In this document: piece by piece, positions 61,058 through 64,000 of the stretch
Position numbering within the stretch: position 1 is the first letter of the stretch
Layout of the letters: the number at the start of each line of letters is the position of its first letter
From: Chloroflexota bacterium
GTDB taxonomy: Bacteria > Chloroflexota > DTOL01 > JACQYG01
Assembly (NCBI GenBank): GCA_040754915.1
Contig: JBFMCB010000001.1
Coordinates: 4,443 to 68,442, forward strand
Direction: 5' to 3'
DNA: 64,000 nt
Notes under the pieces: generated by a model
Told to the model about the DNA's origin: nothing
The model's input: only the letters and a program-made list of their open reading frames with translations
Databases searched by the model: none
Translations under genes and position numbers: made by a program

Positions 61058-61068
61058 ATAAGGAAACT

Positions 61069-62364
61069 ATGGAAAGGGTCGACGTAGTCATAGTGGGCGC
61101 AGGGCTGGCGGGGCTGGCCTGTGCCTACGCCCTGGCTGGCAATGGATTGGACGTGATGGTGGTGGAACGGGGCGACTACCCGGGTGCGAAAAACGTTTCG
61201 GGTGGCCGCCTCTACCTGGGGCCCGTGCGCCCCTATCTGCCGGAGGATCTCTGGGACCACGCCCCCTTTGAGCGCATCGTCAGCAAAGAGCGGCTGACCA
61301 TGATGGCCGATGGCGGCTCCACCACCCTGGAGTTGTCCAGCGTTGCCTTCCGTCGTGGCACTCCGCCTCACAGCGTCACCGTGCTGCGAGGCAAGTTGGA
61401 CCGCTGGCTCGCTGACGTGGTGGCGGAAAAGGGCATTTTGATCATCCCCAAGTACAAGGTAGAGGAACTCCTGTTACAGGATGGCAAGGTATCAGGCATC
61501 CGGGCCGGCGGTGAGGACATCGGCGCGAGTGTGGTGGTGGCCGCGGACGGCGCACTCTCGTTCATCGCCGAGCAGGCTGGGTGGTGGGGCAACCACCAGC
61601 CCCGCAACTTCGCTTTAGGTTTCAAGGAGATCATCGAACTCCCGGCTAAAACCATTGACGATCGGTTTGCCGTTTCCCCCGGCCAGGGCGCAGCACAGCT
61701 TTTCTTTGGTAGCATCACCCAGGGCCTGTTTGGCGGTGGCTTCCTCTATACCAACCGGGAGAGCCTGTCCCTGGGCCTGGTGCTGGGCATCCAGGGACTC
61801 ATGGACCGCCAGCCGCCGGTGGAGGTCCACACCTTGCTGGACGCCTTCAAGGAGCGGCCGGAGGTTGTTCCCCTCATCGACGGCGGCACGACGGTCGAGT
61901 ATTCCGCCCACATCATCCCGGAGGGGGGCATTAACGCCCTTCCGAGGCTCTACGGTGACGGCTTCCTGGTGGTTGGTGACGCGGCCGGGCTGGCGCTGAA
62001 CATGGGCCTGACGGTGCGGGGCATGGACTTTGCCCTGGCCTCCGGCGTCATCGCCGGCCGGGCCATCCTGGCCGCCAGGCAGCGCGGTGATTTCTCTGCT
62101 GCGTCCCTGGCCCAGTACGAGGCGCTCTTGAAAAACAGCTTCGTTCTTAAAGATTTAGCGACCTTCAAGAAGGCCCTCCAGGTGCTGGACAACCCTCGGC
62201 TATACACCGTCTACCCTCAGGCCGTCACCGGTATTCTTGAGCAGTTGTTGACCATTGGCCCGGGGCCGAAGGGGAGATTGTCGGCGACGGTGATTGGAGA
62301 GATTAGAAGGCGGCTGCTAAGCTGGGAGACGGTGCGAGATGCCGTTGGTTTTCTGAAGATGTGA
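61069..62364 (+). CDS. fixC: electron-transfer-flavoprotein:quinone oxidoreductase FixC family (FAD-dependent)
   Basis: Start ATG 61069 (SD AAGGAAA): MERVDVVIVGAGLAGLACAYALAGNGLDVMVVERGDYPG (FAD motif); length and downstream fixX fit FixC. The track's 61036 start lies in the repeat array. Confidence 0.85.
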   Translation: MERVDVVIVGAGLAGLACAYALAGNGLDVMVVERGDYPGAKNVSGGRLYLGPVRPYLPEDLWDHAPFERIVSKERLTMMADGGSTTLELSSVAFRRGTPPHSVTVLRGKLDRWLADVVAEKGILIIPKYKVEELLLQDGKVSGIRAGGEDIGASVVVAADGALSFIAEQAGWWGNHQPRNFALGFKEIIELPAKTIDDRFAVSPGQGAAQLFFGSITQGLFGGGFLYTNRESLSLGLVLGIQGLMDRQPPVEVHTLLDAFKERPEVVPLIDGGTTVEYSAHIIPEGGINALPRLYGDGFLVVGDAAGLALNMGLTVRGMDFALASGVIAGRAILAARQRGDFSAASLAQYEALLKNSFVLKDLATFKKALQVLDNPRLYTVYPQAVTGILEQLLTIGPGPKGRLSATVIGEIRRRLLSWETVRDAVGFLKM

Positions 62365-62429
62365 GACGATCGCGAAGCAACCGGGCAAGCCAGTGAAAGT
62401 CAGTATCCTCCGTGCAGGGGAGAAACCCC

Positions 62430-62705
62430 ATGAACATCGAGGCTAAACTTGGCCTGGACGTCTTTGGGCTGGACAAAAAGCCTCACATTGCCATCGATCA
62501 GCAAGTCTGCCAGGCGATCTGCAAGCTCCGACCGTGCCTTTTCGTTTGCCCGGCACACCTCTACACCTTGGACCCAGAGGGTCGGGTCCAGGTCAACTGG
62601 GAAGGTTGCCTGGAGTGCGGCGCCTGCATGATCGCCTGTCAGGATAAGGGCCTGGAGTGGCACTATCCCCGGGCCGGCTTTGGGGTACAATACCGGTTGG
62701 GATAG
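62430..62705 (+). CDS. fixX: ferredoxin-like protein FixX
   Basis: 91 aa from ATG 62430 (SD GGGGAGA); Cys motifs CQAICKLRPCLFVCP...CLECGACMIAC typical of FixX. Confidence 0.8.
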   Translation: MNIEAKLGLDVFGLDKKPHIAIDQQVCQAICKLRPCLFVCPAHLYTLDPEGRVQVNWEGCLECGACMIACQDKGLEWHYPRAGFGVQYRLG

Positions 62706-62742
62706 ATGCTCGGGCTGCGCTGGTGACACTCCCACGACGCAG

Positions 62743-62808
62743 CAACGTTGAACAATCCTCCCGCAGGTTCCAAACCTGCGGGAGGATTAGGCTTTGGACG
62801 TTCAACGC
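62743..62808 (+). terminator. long nested hairpin after fixX (inner perfect 16-bp stem AATCCTCCCGCAGGTT-CCAA-AACCTGCGGGAGGATT; outer arms ACGTTGAAC/GTTCAACG); terminator/attenuator candidate
   Basis: Inner stem 62754..62789 read directly; followed by GGCTTTGG. Confidence 0.55.
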
Positions 62809-62867
62809 GTACCGTGGTGTCGGAGCCTCACCAGGCGAAGGCCCCGAGTTGTCTACCAAGGCATGAC

Positions 62868-63608
62868 ATGACCACAAACATATACGAGCAGTCGTGGCAG
62901 GGACGAGAGCGGGCCCGGCAGTGGGAACGGCGGGCGGATCTAGTCATCCCCAAACGCCAGGAGATCTTCAGCGTGATGGTCCAGGTGTTGCCGTTCAATG
63001 AGGAAGCACCTTTACGGATGCTCGATCTAGGCTGCGGCACCGGCTCGCTGGCGGAGGTGGCCTTGGCCCGCTATCCCAACGCTACCGTCACCTGCCTGGA
63101 CAACTCTTTGGAGATGTTGGAGATTGGCCAGGCCAAGTACGTGGACCAGACCGAGCATGTCCGTTTCCTGCTGCGGGACCTGGAGCAGCCCGACTGGAAC
63201 AACGATCTGGGCGACGGCTACGACGCCATACTGTCCTGCCTGGCAATTCACCTGATCAGCGATGATGCTAAGCGCCGCCTTTACCGCCAGGCGTTCCAGA
63301 TGCTCACGCCGGCGGGTTGTTTCGTCTCCGCGGACCGGCTGAGGGCGGCCACGCCAGCCTTGGATGTGCTGTACCATGAACTCTGGCTCCAATTCATCGT
63401 CCGCCGCACCAAAGAGGTTTTGGATAAGGACGTACCGCTGGAGACGGTGCGGGAGCGACAAAGGACTATGGATGCCAGCGCTGGCCTTAAATGCGTGACC
63501 CTGGAGGAGAACCTGGCCTGGCTGCGGGAGGCGGGGTTCCCGGTGGTGGAGTGTTTCTGGAAGGATTATCAACGGGCAGTGTTTGGGGGTTTCAAGGTAG
63601 ACAGGTGA
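62868..63608 (+). CDS. class I SAM-dependent methyltransferase
   Basis: Start ATG 62868 (MTTNIYEQSW...); motif I MLDLGCGTGSLAEVAL, post-I LDNSLEML. The track's 5' extension is translation of the hairpin and is rejected. Confidence 0.8.
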   Translation: MTTNIYEQSWQGRERARQWERRADLVIPKRQEIFSVMVQVLPFNEEAPLRMLDLGCGTGSLAEVALARYPNATVTCLDNSLEMLEIGQAKYVDQTEHVRFLLRDLEQPDWNNDLGDGYDAILSCLAIHLISDDAKRRLYRQAFQMLTPAGCFVSADRLRAATPALDVLYHELWLQFIVRRTKEVLDKDVPLETVRERQRTMDASAGLKCVTLEENLAWLREAGFPVVECFWKDYQRAVFGGFKVDR

Positions 63609-63644
63609 GCCGGGATGCCCTGCTCCCTTCGAAGGAGACGTACC

Positions 63645-64000
63645 ATGGAGGTTGTGGTCTGTATCAAGCAGGTGGTAGACTTAAAACAGGTTCGCATCAA
63701 ACGAGACACCCGGGAGCCGGTGCTGGAGGGACTGCCGCTGGTCTTGAGCGATATTGACAAGAATGCCCTGGAGGAGGCCGTACGCCTTAAGGAGAGGTTG
63801 GGCGAGGCGAAGGTCACGGCTCTGTCTCTGGGCAGCGGCAAGTTACGGGAGACCATTAAAGAGGCCTTGGCGATAGGGGCGGATGAGGCGATCTTAGTCA
63901 CCGATCCGGCCCTGCAAGGCGGCGATCCTTCCATCACGGCCAGAGCCCTGGCCGCCGCCGTTGGCAAGCTGGGCCACGTTGACCTCGTGCTCCTCGGTGA
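63645..64000 (+). CDS. electron transfer flavoprotein beta subunit (second copy, FixA-like), 5' fragment continuing beyond the window
   Basis: ATG 63645 after SD GAAGGAG; MEVVVCIKQVVDLKQVRI...ALSLGSGKLRETIKEALAIGADEAILVTDPALQG is an EtfB/FixA N-terminus; no stop before the window end. Confidence 0.8.
   Translation, partial: MEVVVCIKQVVDLKQVRIKRDTREPVLEGLPLVLSDIDKNALEEAVRLKERLGEAKVTALSLGSGKLRETIKEALAIGADEAILVTDPALQGGDPSITARALAAAVGKLGHVDLVLLG

Noticed and set aside
61036-61068. Track start of fixC at 61036 (MTRDQGLHKET...)
   Set aside because: These 11 codons are translation of the heptamer repeat array. ATG 61069 has a proper RBS and begins directly with the FAD-binding motif.
62748-62867. 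40-codon N-terminal extension of the methyltransferase ORF
   Set aside because: It translates the long hairpin at 62743-62808. ATG 62868 precedes the conserved methyltransferase sequence.

Overview
This 64 kb window is a high-GC (~62-64%) chromosomal segment densely packed with about 58 protein-coding genes. No rRNA, canonical tRNA, CRISPR array, integrase or transposase gene was recognised. Gene content and style (frequent GTG/TTG starts, 4-bp ATGA stop/start overlaps, Etf/FixABCX, NfnAB, beta-CASP RNase) suggest a Chloroflexi-like, possibly syntrophic or fermentative bacterium. Left to right the window contains:

- prmA(3')-rsmE and a DAGK-family lipid kinase.
- Two ECF sigma/anti-sigma pairs; both sigma genes are preceded by AAC-N16/17-CGT ECF-type promoters.
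- lplA, fdhD and a very large polytopic membrane protein.
- nfnAB (NADH-dependent reduced-ferredoxin:NADP oxidoreductase) and a DUF167 gene.
- A lower-GC lipoprotein gene and a convergent secreted M1 zinc aminopeptidase.
- A beta-CASP MBL RNase and a DUF1848 gene, divergent from a tryptophanase/tyrosine-phenol-lyase gene.
- A minus-strand block: polysaccharide deacetylase, Sir2/CobB, endonuclease V, O-antigen-ligase-like, GT4, GT2, polyprenyl synthase, tatD, metG, rsmI.
- A DHH-CBS-poly(A)-polymerase/CCA fusion, a GntR/FCD regulator, a TPP enzyme and a short GidA-like flavoprotein.
- An SBP plus two permeases of a peptide-type ABC importer with no ATPase genes, then uspA, a DapA-family lyase, an MFS transporter and scpA.
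- A redox module: korA-korB-(MoaD-like), then acyl-CoA dehydrogenase, etfB, etfA, a membrane-anchored Fe-S (HdrD/CCG-type) oxidoreductase, a second acyl-CoA dehydrogenase, fixC, fixX, a SAM methyltransferase and the start of a second etfB/fixA.

The most unusual signals are at the nucleotide level:

- A dispersed family of GC-rich perfect palindromes (core CCCCGATGTCCCGGAGTT-N-AACTCCGGGACATCGGGG) with at least 7 copies. Four cluster at the membrane Fe-S oxidoreductase gene, and two of those lie in-frame inside it as 13-19 codon insertions in loop/linker regions.
- A CTAG-centred 18-20 bp palindrome present three times.
- An intercistronic tRNA-acceptor/T-arm-like minihelix ending in GCCA within the ABC operon.
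- A heptamer-periodic (nTAGTCC) inverted array between the second acyl-CoA dehydrogenase and fixC.

All functional assignments are made from motifs I recognise in the translations; none was confirmed by a database search.
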